64,000 bases of DNA from Anaerolineae bacterium (GCA_040772005.1 JAXGYZ010000011.1:45228-109227), one strand, 5' to 3'; positions 1 through 9,111 are shown, numbered from the stretch's first letter. Program-made: numbers and translations. The notes: generated by a model not told the origin, from the sequence alone.

Positions 1-2789
1 CTGCGTCGCGCAATCTCTTCGCGGTCGGTGATGAGGATCAGTGTCTGGTCGCTGGAACTGAGATTCTAACGCCTACTGGTCCGGTCACCGTCGAGCAAGT
101 GCGCGTCGGCGACAGAGTACTCGCGGCTGCAGGACACGGCAGTCGAGCAGTCGGTACAGTGGACGCCTGTCCAAGCCACCATTATGCTGGCGACGTGGTC
201 ACGGTATGTACTGCGTATGGGCGGCAACTAACTGCGACGCCTGAGCATTGCGTTTTCGCCAGGTTCGACCCTAACAACGATCGATACCGTTACGTATACT
301 TGATGTATTCCCGCAGGCTTGGATATCGCATCGGCCAGACGGGGGCGATTCGCTCGAACGGTGACAAGAAATATCCTGGCTTTACTGAACGTTTGCGCCA
401 GGAACGCGGTGACGCGATTTGGTTGCTCCGCGCCTGTGGAGATGCAGGGGAGGCAACCTACTGGGAGTCCTACTACGCAGCCAAATACGGATTGCCGACG
501 GCATGTTTCTATGCCGATGGGCGACGAGTGTCTATGACGAACGAGCATATCCAGCGCCTGTACTCAGAACTTGATACTGCTGGTTGTGCAGCCAGACTGG
601 TGAATGATCTGGGACTCAGCCTCGCGCACCCGCATCACGTGCCTCAAACTACTATTCGGGGTGCGTCCTTGCGCAAGACCATCTCGCTTAACATGTTCGG
701 CGCCAGTAACGTTAAGTATGGCGGCGGTCGCTGGCACAGACCATTCGATCCATGGCATCTACACGAGTTGTCTATTTGTAGCTCGGATGAGCCGTATCGT
801 CAGCAGGTTGAGCAGGTGTTGCCGACGCGACCTCACAAGGAAATCTACTGGCAGGCCCGACGCACGCACGGCGATTACGATGCAATGCTGCTTACCCTGG
901 ATGAACTCACTGCTGCTATCCCTGACGCCCGGATCTGGAAGCGAGCAAAACTGACCGACGAGACGTTTGAATTCATGCCCATCGGCAACCTGGTTCCCGG
1001 CGCAATCTTGCCGGTGCTTGACGTGAATGGGAAAGTGACGGAAGACGAAGTTGTTGCAGTGAATCACCGGCACTACGATGGGCTCGTCTATGACCTGTCG
1101 GTGCCGAATTATCGGAACTATGTTGCTGGTGGCATTGTGGTTCATAACTCTATCTACATGTTCCGCGGTGCGGACTACCGGAACGTAATGCGCTTCCGGG
1201 AGGACTTCCCCGAGGCGAAGGTCGTGCTGCTGGAGCAGAACTACCGCTCGACGCAGACCATCCTCGATGTCGCAAACGCGGTCATCGCGCGCAACCAGCA
1301 CCGCACCCCCAAGAAACTGCGCACCGACCGCGGGCAGGGCCTCGAAATCACCTCGCACGAGGCGTATGATGAGGCGGACGAAGCCGCGTTTGTCGTCAGC
1401 ACGATCCAGCGGTTGGTGCGCGGGCACCAGGCCACGCTGGGTGACTGCGCGGTGATGTATCGCACCAACGCACAGTCGCGCTCGCTGGAAGACGCTTTCA
1501 TCGCGCGGGGCATCCCCTACCGGCTGGTCGGCGGGGTGCGGTTCTACCAGCGGCGGGAGATCAAGGACGCGCTGGCCTATCTGCGGCTGGTACACAACCC
1601 GGCAGACAACATCAGCCTGGGCCGCATCATCAACGTGCCCCCCCGCAGCATCGGCGACAAAACCGTGTCCAACCTCGCGGCGTGGAGCGCGGAGCTGGGC
1701 GTGTCGATGGTGGGCGGGCTGGCGCTGCTGGCCGGAGACTTGCACAGCCCCGTGCTCGACGACGAGTTCAGCGCGCGCCACACGCAGGCTCCACAGCACC
1801 CGTTCGGCGCGGCCGCGGTTAAGTCCCTGACGGCGTTCTACAAGATGCTGGCACTTTGGCTGGCCGTGAAGGACGGCCTGACCGTCGCGGAGCTGCTCGA
1901 CCGCATCACCGAGGAATCCAGCTACACGACATGGCTGCGCGATGGCACCGAGGAAGGTGAGGACCGCTGGGCGAACGTGCAGGAACTTCGCAGCGTGGCC
2001 GCGCACTACGACGACTTCCCGCCCGACCTCCGGCTGACCGCCTTCCTGGAGGAAGTCGCGCTCGTGTCGGACCAGGATGACCTGGCCGAACCGGAGGACC
2101 GGGTCACGCTGCTGACCATCCACACGGCGAAGGGGTTGGAGTTCCCGGTCGTCTTCATCGTCGGGCTGGAGGAGAACATCTTCCCCCACAGCCGGAGCAT
2201 GGAAGACCCGGACCAGATGGAGGAGGAGCGGCGGCTTATGTATGTCGCCGTGACCCGCGCGAAGGACCGGCTGTATCTGCTGCGTGCATTCCGCCGCATG
2301 TTATACGGCCGCAGCGAGGTGAACGAGCCGTCGCGCTTCCTGAAGGATGTGGTGAAAGTGCAGGGCGTGCGCAACGATGCGGCTAATGGCCGGGCCGCAA
2401 GCGACCGCGCGGGCGGCTACGGCAATGGCGGGCTGTCCGAGCGCGCCGGGTATGGCGGCGCGTTCGGCGGGCGCAATTTGGCGCGTGGCAGTAACGATGG
2501 GCCGTGGGGCCAGCGATCGCGGTCCGCACTGCGCGGCGCCGGCCGCGCGAGCGAGCCGCCGGCCCGCGCCGCCGGCAGCCTGGCGTCCCGTTCGCCTGGG
2601 AAATCCCCGGCGCGCGCGGAACGTCCCCTCCAGTTCAAGCCCGGCGACCGCGTCGACCACGGCCTGTTCGGGCAGGGCATCGTCATCAAGTCCGAGCCGA
2701 CCGCGGATGATGAAGAAGTCACGGTGGCGTTCGCGGGCAAGGGCACCAAGACCTTGCTGGCCGGGTTCGCCAAGCTGCGCAAGCTGTAA
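1..2789 (+). CDS. pcrA: ATP-dependent DNA helicase PcrA/UvrD family (5' end outside window), host of an intein
   Basis: Frame 3 is open from nt 3. The exteins carry SF1 motifs: VGDEDQ|SIYMFRGA (motif III, split by the intein), VLLEQNYRST, VMYRTNAQSR, FYQRREIKD, TIHTAKGLEFPVVFIVG, LMYVAVTRAKDRLYL. C-terminal Tudor-like tail FKPGDRVDHGLFGQGIV. Confidence 0.9.
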   Translation, partial: ASRNLFAVGDEDQCLVAGTEILTPTGPVTVEQVRVGDRVLAAAGHGSRAVGTVDACPSHHYAGDVVTVCTAYGRQLTATPEHCVFARFDPNNDRYRYVYLMYSRRLGYRIGQTGAIRSNGDKKYPGFTERLRQERGDAIWLLRACGDAGEATYWESYYAAKYGLPTACFYADGRRVSMTNEHIQRLYSELDTAGCAARLVNDLGLSLAHPHHVPQTTIRGASLRKTISLNMFGASNVKYGGGRWHRPFDPWHLHELSICSSDEPYRQQVEQVLPTRPHKEIYWQARRTHGDYDAMLLTLDELTAAIPDARIWKRAKLTDETFEFMPIGNLVPGAILPVLDVNGKVTEDEVVAVNHRHYDGLVYDLSVPNYRNYVAGGIVVHNSIYMFRGADYRNVMRFREDFPEAKVVLLEQNYRSTQTILDVANAVIARNQHRTPKKLRTDRGQGLEITSHEAYDEADEAAFVVSTIQRLVRGHQATLGDCAVMYRTNAQSRSLEDAFIARGIPYRLVGGVRFYQRREIKDALAYLRLVHNPADNISLGRIINVPPRSIGDKTVSNLAAWSAELGVSMVGGLALLAGDLHSPVLDDEFSARHTQAPQHPFGAAAVKSLTAFYKMLALWLAVKDGLTVAELLDRITEESSYTTWLRDGTEEGEDRWANVQELRSVAAHYDDFPPDLRLTAFLEEVALVSDQDDLAEPEDRVTLLTIHTAKGLEFPVVFIVGLEENIFPHSRSMEDPDQMEEERRLMYVAVTRAKDRLYLLRAFRRMLYGRSEVNEPSRFLKDVVKVQGVRNDAANGRAASDRAGGYGNGGLSERAGYGGAFGGRNLARGSNDGPWGQRSRSALRGAGRASEPPARAAGSLASRSPGKSPARAERPLQFKPGDRVDHGLFGQGIVIKSEPTADDEEVTVAFAGKGTKTLLAGFAKLRKL
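42..1148 (+). mobile_element. Intein (369 codons) inserted in helicase motif III
   Basis: N-extein ...AVGDEDQ is followed by Cys1 (tgt 42-44) CLVAGTEILTPTGPV (block A). Block B is TATPEHCVF. The C-terminal end is YVAGGIVVHN (Asn codon 1146-1148), followed by Ser+1 SIYMFRGA. Removing 42-1148 restores the canonical VGDEDQSIYMFRGA. Confidence 0.85.
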
Positions 2790-3091
2790 CAGGGACCGGC
2801 TGCCAGAACGTCCATCAGTAATCTCAAATGTACCGACGTGCAAGCATCCTGAGCGGGTGGACGGCTCAGCGTTGGTGACGAGATAGCGCTAGTCGAAGGA
2901 TGCAGCCCCTACGCCGGGCCGCTCCGGCGCCCTTCGACTGTGGGCCGGCCACAAAGCGGGCCGGCCCTCCGCTCAGGGTGCCTGCGCTGGCGGCTATGGT
3001 CCGAATTCCAGGAACGTCTCTACTTCCCATTTCACGCGAAGTTGGGTAAGATACAGGTCACGCGTATGTAAGTCTCCCAGGAGTATACAAG

Positions 3092-4339
3092 ATGCCCCAT
3101 CCTGTCACCTGCCCTCGCCCGGCGCGCGGCCTGCTCATCGGTCTCGCGCTCTACCTGCTACTCGTCCCTTTAGCGGGCTGCGGCCGCTCCGAGCCGCCGC
3201 CTGAACCGGTCGAAATCACCTTCCGCCACCCTGACAGGGATCAGCAGTATTTCGAGAACGCACTGACCGGCTTCAAAGAGAAATTCCCGCACATCACGGT
3301 CAAGCTATCGACCACGGATTCGGCTGCCGATTGCTTTGTCGATGAATCCTACGACATCGTGGGCCTGGTCGACAACGAGAGGATCGTCAACCTCAACCCC
3401 TTCCTGGACCAGAACGAGGACTTCGACAAGAGCGACTTCGTGCCAGGGATTCTGGACATCTTCACCACCGAGAACAAGCTGTGGGCCATCCCCGCGGGCT
3501 TCAACCCCGCGGTCATGTACTATAACCAGGAATTGTTCGACCGCTACGGCGTGGCACATCCCATCCCCGGCTGGACGGTCGATGACTTTCTCGCCGCGAC
3601 GATGGCCATCCGTGACCCGCAGAACAACGTCTTCGGCTATGCCAGCCCGCCGGTCACGGACATGCCCGATGCCCTGATGTTCCTCTACAGCAAGGGCGGT
3701 CGCATCCTGGATGACCTGCAGAACCCCACGCGGGTGACGTTGGATGACCCGGCGACGATCGAAGCCCTGGAATGGTATGTCCGGCTGATCAACGATTACA
3801 ACGTCGCGCCGACCCAGGAGCAGATCCGGGACACCTTCGGCAGCGACAATCGCGCGGTCTACCGCGGCATCATGGAGAACCAGGTGGGCACGTGGATTGG
3901 CTGGTTCCAGGACCGCGGCGGGTTGACCTGGAACATCGAGTGGCCGATGAAGTGGGGCATGGCGCCGCTGCCGCGCGGCGATGTGTCGGTCACGATGGCG
4001 TTTGCGGAGGGCTACTTCATCTCCGCGGATTCGCCCAACACCGAAGCCTGCTGGCAGTGGCTCTCCTATCTATCGCGTGAAGCAACCTCGCGCATGATAC
4101 CGCCGCGGCAGTCGGTCATCAATTCGGAGGCCTACGAGCGGCTGGTGGGCCGCGAGGCCGCAGCCACCGCGCGTGCGGCCGTCGAGGATGTGGTCCTTGT
4201 GTCGGCTGAGCTGGCCGAATACGAGGACGTGCTCCAGATCTTCTATATGGCGGTGCTCGGCGTGCTCGACGGCCAGCTCACTGCGGAAGAGGCGTTGACA
4301 TTTGCCCAGCAGGAATGGGATGCGCGCCCGCCCGACTGA
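3092..4339 (+). CDS. Extracellular solute-binding lipoprotein (ABC sugar-transporter type), no adjacent permease or ATPase genes
   Basis: ATG preceded by AGGAG. Signal peptide with lipobox LAGC. The length and sequence pattern are typical of family-1 solute-binding proteins. Confidence 0.7.
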   Translation: MPHPVTCPRPARGLLIGLALYLLLVPLAGCGRSEPPPEPVEITFRHPDRDQQYFENALTGFKEKFPHITVKLSTTDSAADCFVDESYDIVGLVDNERIVNLNPFLDQNEDFDKSDFVPGILDIFTTENKLWAIPAGFNPAVMYYNQELFDRYGVAHPIPGWTVDDFLAATMAIRDPQNNVFGYASPPVTDMPDALMFLYSKGGRILDDLQNPTRVTLDDPATIEALEWYVRLINDYNVAPTQEQIRDTFGSDNRAVYRGIMENQVGTWIGWFQDRGGLTWNIEWPMKWGMAPLPRGDVSVTMAFAEGYFISADSPNTEACWQWLSYLSREATSRMIPPRQSVINSEAYERLVGREAAATARAAVEDVVLVSAELAEYEDVLQIFYMAVLGVLDGQLTAEEALTFAQQEWDARPPD

Positions 4340-4441
4340 TGCTGACTGTACCCGGCTGTGGCACGGTGTGCTGTGGCGAAGCCACAGCCTAGACCGGCCC
4401 CAGCGGTTTTCGGATAGATTCTAAATTCAATCGAAGGACAC

Positions 4442-5206
4442 ATGATGAATCACGACACTCTTTCGCAACTGGTGGCCTTGTCAAACACCCTGGGCCGCCC
4501 CGAGAACGACTACGTTATCCTGGGTGAGGGCAACACCTCAGCGCGGGCCGATGCCGAGACGTTCTGGGTCAAGGCCAGCGGCACTGAGCTGCGCACCATT
4601 ACAGCCGATGGCTTCGTGCGCTGCTCGTTCGAGCGGGTGAAGACGCTGATGGATCAGCCCAACCTGACGGATCAGCAGGTCAAGGAAGGCCTGACCGCGG
4701 CGCGGGTGGACCCCGCTGCGACGAGGCATCCCTCCGTCGAGACGCTGCTGCACGCGCTGGCGCTGAGCCTGCCGGATGTCAACTTCGTCGGGCACACCCA
4801 CGCCAGTGCTGTAAATATGATCACCTGTTCTGCGGGCTTCGAGCAGGCGTATGCCGGACGGCTCTTCCCGGATGAGATTGTGCTCTGCGGCCCCGCGCCC
4901 GTACTGGTGCCTTACACGGATCCCGGCGTCCCGCTGGCGCGCGAGGTATGGGCGCGCATCCAGCGCTACATCGAGGAATGGGGCGAGCGCCCGAAGGTCA
5001 TCCTGATTCAGAACCACGGCCTGATCGTGCTGGGCAAGACCCCCCAGCAGGTGCTCGATGTCACCGCGATGGCCGTCAAGACCGCGCGTATCCTGCTCGG
5101 CACCTTTGCTGCGGGCGGGCCGCGCTTCATGACCGCGCACGATGTCAGCCGCATCCATACCCGGCCGGATGAGTTGTACCGGCAGCAGCAGTTGGGGTTG
5201 AAGTAA
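4442..5206 (+). CDS. Class II aldolase/adducin-domain protein
   Basis: GEGNTSAR...KASG, PSVETLLH, VGHTHA and IQNHGLIVLG segments match the class II aldolase fold, as in the N-terminal half of bifunctional rhamnulose-1-P aldolase/dehydrogenases. Confidence 0.7.
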   Translation: MMNHDTLSQLVALSNTLGRPENDYVILGEGNTSARADAETFWVKASGTELRTITADGFVRCSFERVKTLMDQPNLTDQQVKEGLTAARVDPAATRHPSVETLLHALALSLPDVNFVGHTHASAVNMITCSAGFEQAYAGRLFPDEIVLCGPAPVLVPYTDPGVPLAREVWARIQRYIEEWGERPKVILIQNHGLIVLGKTPQQVLDVTAMAVKTARILLGTFAAGGPRFMTAHDVSRIHTRPDELYRQQQLGLK

Positions 5207-5218
5207 GCACGTCCGGTA

Positions 5219-5253
5219 GCTCAGTTGTGTAGTCTTCGGTTACACAACCGAGC
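5219..5253 (+). other. 13-bp stem hairpin between the two aldolase genes
   Basis: gctcagttgtgta / tacacaaccgagc arms (1 mismatch) around a 9-nt loop. Confidence 0.5.
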
Positions 5254-5293
5254 CACAACGAGGACCACAGCAAGACGTGGAAGGAACGACATC

Positions 5294-6118
5294 GTGGCAA
5301 TCGATACCCCTTATCCCGAACTGAGTGAGTTGCTGAACCTGATGGGCGAGGCCGGGCAGCGCATGTCTGAGATCGACGCGACCGAGGCGGCCGCGGGCAA
5401 CATCTCGGTGTATGTGGGCTGGCCGCTGGACCCTCGGCGCGCCTTCCCGAATGTCGAGACGCTTGTCTTGCCGGAACCCGTGCCCGAGCTGGCAGGCCGG
5501 GCGTTCCTGGTCAGCGGGTCGGGCCGGCGACTGCGCGAGATTATCCACGACCCGGCGGCCAACCTGGGCTGCGTCATCGTGGACGAGGGCGGTGTCACCG
5601 GCAGGCTGTACACCTCGCAGCGGCGGCTGTATGCCCGGCTGACCAGCGAGTTCAACTCGCACCTCTCGGTACACCGCGACCAGGTCGCGCTGACCGGCAC
5701 GAATTTCCATGCCGTCATCCACGCGCAGCCGCCGCACCTCACCTACCTGAGCCACATCCCGCGCTATCTGGATGGGACCTACCTCAACCGGCGGCTGCTC
5801 CGTTGGCAGCCGGAGACGATCATCAACCTGCCTGAAGGCATCGGCGTGATTCCGTTTCGGCTGCCGGGCTCGCCGGAGCTGATGGCGGCAACGGTCGAGA
5901 AATTGCGTACACATCGGGTGGTGCTGTGGGCCAAGCACGGTGTGATGGCCCGCTCGGACCAGTCCGTGAAGCGCGCCTCCGACCGCATCGAGTATGCAGA
6001 AACCGGCGCCAGGTACGAGTACCTGAACCTGGTCAACGGCGAGCAGGCCGAGGGCCTGTCGGATGATGAAATGCGTACCATCTGCCGCGCGTTCAACGTC
6101 CAGCAGAATATCTTCTGA
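5294..6118 (+). CDS. rhaD: Rhamnulose-1-phosphate aldolase-like class II aldolase
   Basis: GTG at 5294 lies 9 nt after GGAAGGA. Segments AAGNISVY, LVSGSGRRLREI, HAVIHAQPPHLTYLSHI and VLWAKHGVMA resemble RhaD. The listed ORF start at 5225 is probably too far upstream. Confidence 0.6.
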   Translation: MAIDTPYPELSELLNLMGEAGQRMSEIDATEAAAGNISVYVGWPLDPRRAFPNVETLVLPEPVPELAGRAFLVSGSGRRLREIIHDPAANLGCVIVDEGGVTGRLYTSQRRLYARLTSEFNSHLSVHRDQVALTGTNFHAVIHAQPPHLTYLSHIPRYLDGTYLNRRLLRWQPETIINLPEGIGVIPFRLPGSPELMAATVEKLRTHRVVLWAKHGVMARSDQSVKRASDRIEYAETGARYEYLNLVNGEQAEGLSDDEMRTICRAFNVQQNIF

Positions 6119-6126
6119 GTATAGGT

Positions 6127-6196
6127 GGAGTCGAGGCTTCAGCCGGTTTGGCGGTGTACGCATGCAGCCAGACTAACCGGCTGAAGCCTCGACTCC
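6127..6196 (+). repeat. 70-bp palindromic intergenic repeat, copy 1
   Basis: 20-nt arms ggagtcgaggcttcagccgg / ccggctgaagcctcgactcc flank a 30-nt core containing gtgtacgcatgc. Confidence 0.9.
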
Positions 6197-6215
6197 AGTC
6201 TTCGACAAGGATGTC

Positions 6216-7463
6216 ATGTTCCAGCTCGATCCCCGCTTCATCCCGCCGGCCTACGATGGGCACTGCTTCTCCGCGATTCCTGGGAGCATTGCCGGCTTGT
6301 TGACCGGACAGCCGCCCATCCCGCTCGCCCCGGATGCGCTGCCCGACCGCACGACACCCTATGGCACGGTGATCCTGCTCGTCGTGGACGGGTTCGGCTG
6401 GCGCTTCGCGGAGCAGTACGCGGCGCACTACCCCGCCTTGCAGCGCTTCCTGAAGCATGGCCGGGTGACGAAGTTCACCTCGCAGTTCCCTTCCACGACC
6501 GCGGCGCACATCACCACTCTGCACACCGGGCAGGAAGTGGGCCAGCACGGTGTCTACGAATGGCAATATTATGAGCCGGTCGTCGACGCAGTGGTGGTCC
6601 CGCTGCTCTACTCGTACGCGGGCACCAAGGATCGCGAGCAGTTGCGCAAGGCGAAGGTCGATCCCAAACGCATCCTCCCCACGCACACGCTCTACCAGGA
6701 CCTCGTTGCGCTCGGCGTCCGCACGACTATCTTCCAGCACCGCGAGTATCTGCAATCCACGTATACCGATGCCCTGATGGCGGGCGCGCAGATGACCGGC
6801 TATCGTGCGCTGACGGAGGCGCTCGTCAACGCGCGGCAGGCCCTGGCACGGGTGGAGAGCCCGACGTATTTCCTCCTGTACTATGACCGGATCGACGGGC
6901 TGGCCCACGAGTACGGGCCCAACTCGCCGCATGTGGCCGCGGAGATTGACCTGTTTCTGACCGCGCTGGAACGGCACTTCCTGGCGCCGCTCGCGCCGCA
7001 GCAGGATACGCTGGTGCTGTTGACCGCAGACCACGGCATGATGGAGACGGACCCGGCCACGAGCACCTACATCAACCTCGCTAGCCGGTTCCGGGGCTAC
7101 GAGCGCTACCTGGTAAAGGATGGCAAGGGCAAGCCGCGGGACCCGGCCGGTTCGGTGCGCGACTATTTCCTGTATGTGGAGGATGCTCGGCTGGACGAGG
7201 CGCACGCGTTCTTCGCGGAACGGCTGGCCGGCATCGCACAGGTCGCGGCTACGGCTGACCTGGTGGAGGCGGGCTACTTCGGCAACCGGCCGGCGTCAGA
7301 TGTGCTGCTGGCGCGGCTCGGCAACCTGGTCATCCTGCCCTATCACGGGGAGGCGGTGTGGTGGTATGAGAAGGACCGTTTCGAGCAGCGGTTCTACGGC
7401 CATCACGGCGGCCTGACGCGGCAGGAGATGGAGATCCCGCTGCTGGCGCTGGCAGTGACATAG
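6216..7463 (+). CDS. Alkaline-phosphatase superfamily protein (nucleotide pyrophosphatase/phosphodiesterase type)
   Basis: LLVVDGFGWRF, FPSTTAAHITTLHTG (Thr nucleophile context), LLTADHGM, GHHGG. Confidence 0.7.
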   Translation: MFQLDPRFIPPAYDGHCFSAIPGSIAGLLTGQPPIPLAPDALPDRTTPYGTVILLVVDGFGWRFAEQYAAHYPALQRFLKHGRVTKFTSQFPSTTAAHITTLHTGQEVGQHGVYEWQYYEPVVDAVVVPLLYSYAGTKDREQLRKAKVDPKRILPTHTLYQDLVALGVRTTIFQHREYLQSTYTDALMAGAQMTGYRALTEALVNARQALARVESPTYFLLYYDRIDGLAHEYGPNSPHVAAEIDLFLTALERHFLAPLAPQQDTLVLLTADHGMMETDPATSTYINLASRFRGYERYLVKDGKGKPRDPAGSVRDYFLYVEDARLDEAHAFFAERLAGIAQVAATADLVEAGYFGNRPASDVLLARLGNLVILPYHGEAVWWYEKDRFEQRFYGHHGGLTRQEMEIPLLALAVT

Positions 7464-7466
7464 TCA

Positions 7467-7542
7467 CCACGGAATACACAGACCACGCGGAAAGGGCTCA
7501 ATGTGAAATCCCCTTTTCCGCGTGATCCGTTTGTTCCGTGGT
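7467..7542. terminator. Nested hairpin between convergent genes
   Basis: Outer arms ccacggaa/ttccgtgg and inner arms cacgcggaaaggg/cccttttccgcgtg, between the stops at 7463 (+) and 7548 (-). Confidence 0.5.
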
Positions 7543-7547
7543 TGCGC

Positions 7548-7907
7548 TTAGAATCTCAGCCATTGCTTCAGGGCGAAGATCAGTGCGAGCGTCACACCCC
7601 AGGTGACATAACCGACCGCCAGCATGGGCAGCAGCTTCCACCCGGCGCGGGCGGCCAGCCATACGGCGAGGATGAACGCCACTGTGCCGAGAATGCCGAA
7701 CGGCAGCGTATCGGTGTACTGCCGGATGCTGGACTTCTCGCCGTTCGCGCCGCTGTAGACGATCCACAGCGCCAGCGCTACATTGATGGGCATCGTCCCC
7801 AGGATGCCGGCCAGCACGCGGGAATGGTTACGCAGCACTGCGACCGCCAGGATGATGAGGATCGAGAGCAGGACGGGGCCGACCTGCCGCCAGGTGTCTG
7901 CGTGCAT
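7548..7907 (-). CDS. Small integral membrane protein (about 4 TM), function unknown
   Basis: ATG at 7907-7905 overlaps the upstream stop (TAATG). The product is hydrophobic (MHADTWRQVGPVLLSILIILAVAV...). It is the only plausible part of the 415-aa ORF 7548..8795. Confidence 0.6.
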   Translation of the reverse strand: MHADTWRQVGPVLLSILIILAVAVLRNHSRVLAGILGTMPINVALALWIVYSGANGEKSSIRQYTDTLPFGILGTVAFILAVWLAARAGWKLLPMLAVGYVTWGVTLALIFALKQWLRF

Positions 7908-9022
7908 TAGCGGGCCGTCCCTGTCACGAGGCGACCGTATTTGCGCAGCACGGCTTGCAGCCGGTCGGCCGGCAGCGCGTAGACCGTGCGGCCCTGCTGC
8001 CCGGTCATATCCTCGGCCGCGACCAGCGCATTGACGATGGCCTCCTCGGTTGCCTGGACGGTCGCGGCGAAGAGCGCGTTCATCCGGTTGTTCGCCAGCA
8101 TCCCGACCTGCCGCACGCCCCCCGCAGACTCCGCCCCCAGCGGGGCCGTCGAGAACGCGATGAAGATATCGCCGGAGCTGTTTTCCCCCAGGCCTCCGAC
8201 GCGGCCGATGCCCAGGCTGACGCGCTGCGCCAGCCGGCGGAGCTGGTGGGGCAGGAGCGGGCAGTCGGTCGCGACCACCGCGATGATCGAGCTGGACGGC
8301 ATATCGGACGCGGGCGGCTCCGCCGGCAGCAGATCGGTGATTTCTGCGCCGACCGGCGCGCCCGCGATGGTGAGCTGCTCGCGGGATCCGTGGTTCGCCT
8401 GCACGAGCACGCCGAGCGTGTAGCCGCCATCCTCGTCTGCAAGCAGGCGCGAGGCCGTGCCGATGCCGCCCTTGAATCCGTGACAGATCATGCCCGTCCC
8501 GCCGCCGACGTTGCCCTCCGCGACCGGGCCGGAGGCCGCGGCCGCGAGCGCAGCCAGCGCGTGCTGCTCCCGGACGTGCCGTCCGGAGATGTCGTTCAGG
8601 AAGCCATCGTAAGTTTCCGCGACGACCGGCAGCACGAACGCGGGCCGCGGCACGCCGTACCACCAATCGGCCACTGCATCCGCCACGACACCGACACTCA
8701 TCGTGTTGGTCAGCATGACCGGGCCGGCCAGTATGCCGGACTCCGCCAGCCATGTCGTGCCGGTCATCTCGCCGCAGCCGTTGAGCGTGTGCCACGCGCC
8801 GAAGACCGGCTCGGAGTTGCTGCCGCGCGGCAGGATGGCCGTGACCCCGGTCCGCACCGTGGTGGGGCCTCCGCTGATAACCAGGGCCGCATGTCCCCGC
8901 GGGAAATGGGAAATCAGCGTGGTGTGGCCGACTGTGACGCCCGCAACGTCGGTGATGGCATTGTGTGCGCCCGGCGTCCCGTCGAACGGGATGCCCAGGT
9001 CGCGCGCGCGTGGTTTGTTCAT
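7907..9022 (-). CDS. P1 (formerly S58) family peptidase, DmpA-like aminopeptidase
   Basis: N-terminus RARDLGIPFDGTPGAHNAITDVAGVTVGHTTL and the autoprocessing-type segment GNVGGGTGMICHGFKGGIGTASR. Confidence 0.75.
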   Translation of the reverse strand: MNKPRARDLGIPFDGTPGAHNAITDVAGVTVGHTTLISHFPRGHAALVISGGPTTVRTGVTAILPRGSNSEPVFGAWHTLNGCGEMTGTTWLAESGILAGPVMLTNTMSVGVVADAVADWWYGVPRPAFVLPVVAETYDGFLNDISGRHVREQHALAALAAAASGPVAEGNVGGGTGMICHGFKGGIGTASRLLADEDGGYTLGVLVQANHGSREQLTIAGAPVGAEITDLLPAEPPASDMPSSSIIAVVATDCPLLPHQLRRLAQRVSLGIGRVGGLGENSSGDIFIAFSTAPLGAESAGGVRQVGMLANNRMNALFAATVQATEEAIVNALVAAEDMTGQQGRTVYALPADRLQAVLRKYGRLVTGTAR

Positions 9023-9041
9023 AGGTGAGTTCCTTATTGTC

Positions 9042-9111
9042 GGAGTCGAGGCTTCAGCCGGCTTGGGCGTGTACAGGAGCCGTCAACCAAACCGGCTAAA
9101 GCCTCGACTCC
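9042..9111 (+). repeat. 70-bp palindromic intergenic repeat, copy 2
   Basis: ggagtcgaggcttcagccgg ... ccggctaaagcctcgactcc, with the core in the same orientation as copy 1. Confidence 0.9.

Noticed and set aside
759-2189. Long antisense or alternative-frame ORFs throughout the track. Examples: 759-2189 (-), 12364-13818 (+), 20494-22128 (-), 24343-25446 (-), 28056-29978 (+), 29891-31504 (+), 32042-33334 (+), 49250-51058 (+), 57546-60290 (+).
   Set aside because: They overlap genes that have clear family motifs on the other strand or frame. They are Arg/Ala/Gly/Pro-rich with no recognisable motifs, which is the typical stop-codon-poor shadow-ORF pattern of GC-rich DNA.
5211-5262. tRNA-like string GGTAGCTCAGTTG between the aldolase genes.
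   Set aside because: It is one arm of a simple 13-bp hairpin. There is no acceptor stem, anticodon arm or T-loop (GTTCRANYC) around it. I found no convincing tRNA anywhere in the window.
7548-8795. 415-aa ORF on the minus strand.
   Set aside because: Only its last 120 codons (7548-7907) look like a real (membrane) protein. The upstream part overlaps the DmpA-like peptidase gene in another frame and is low-complexity Arg/Gly/Ala.
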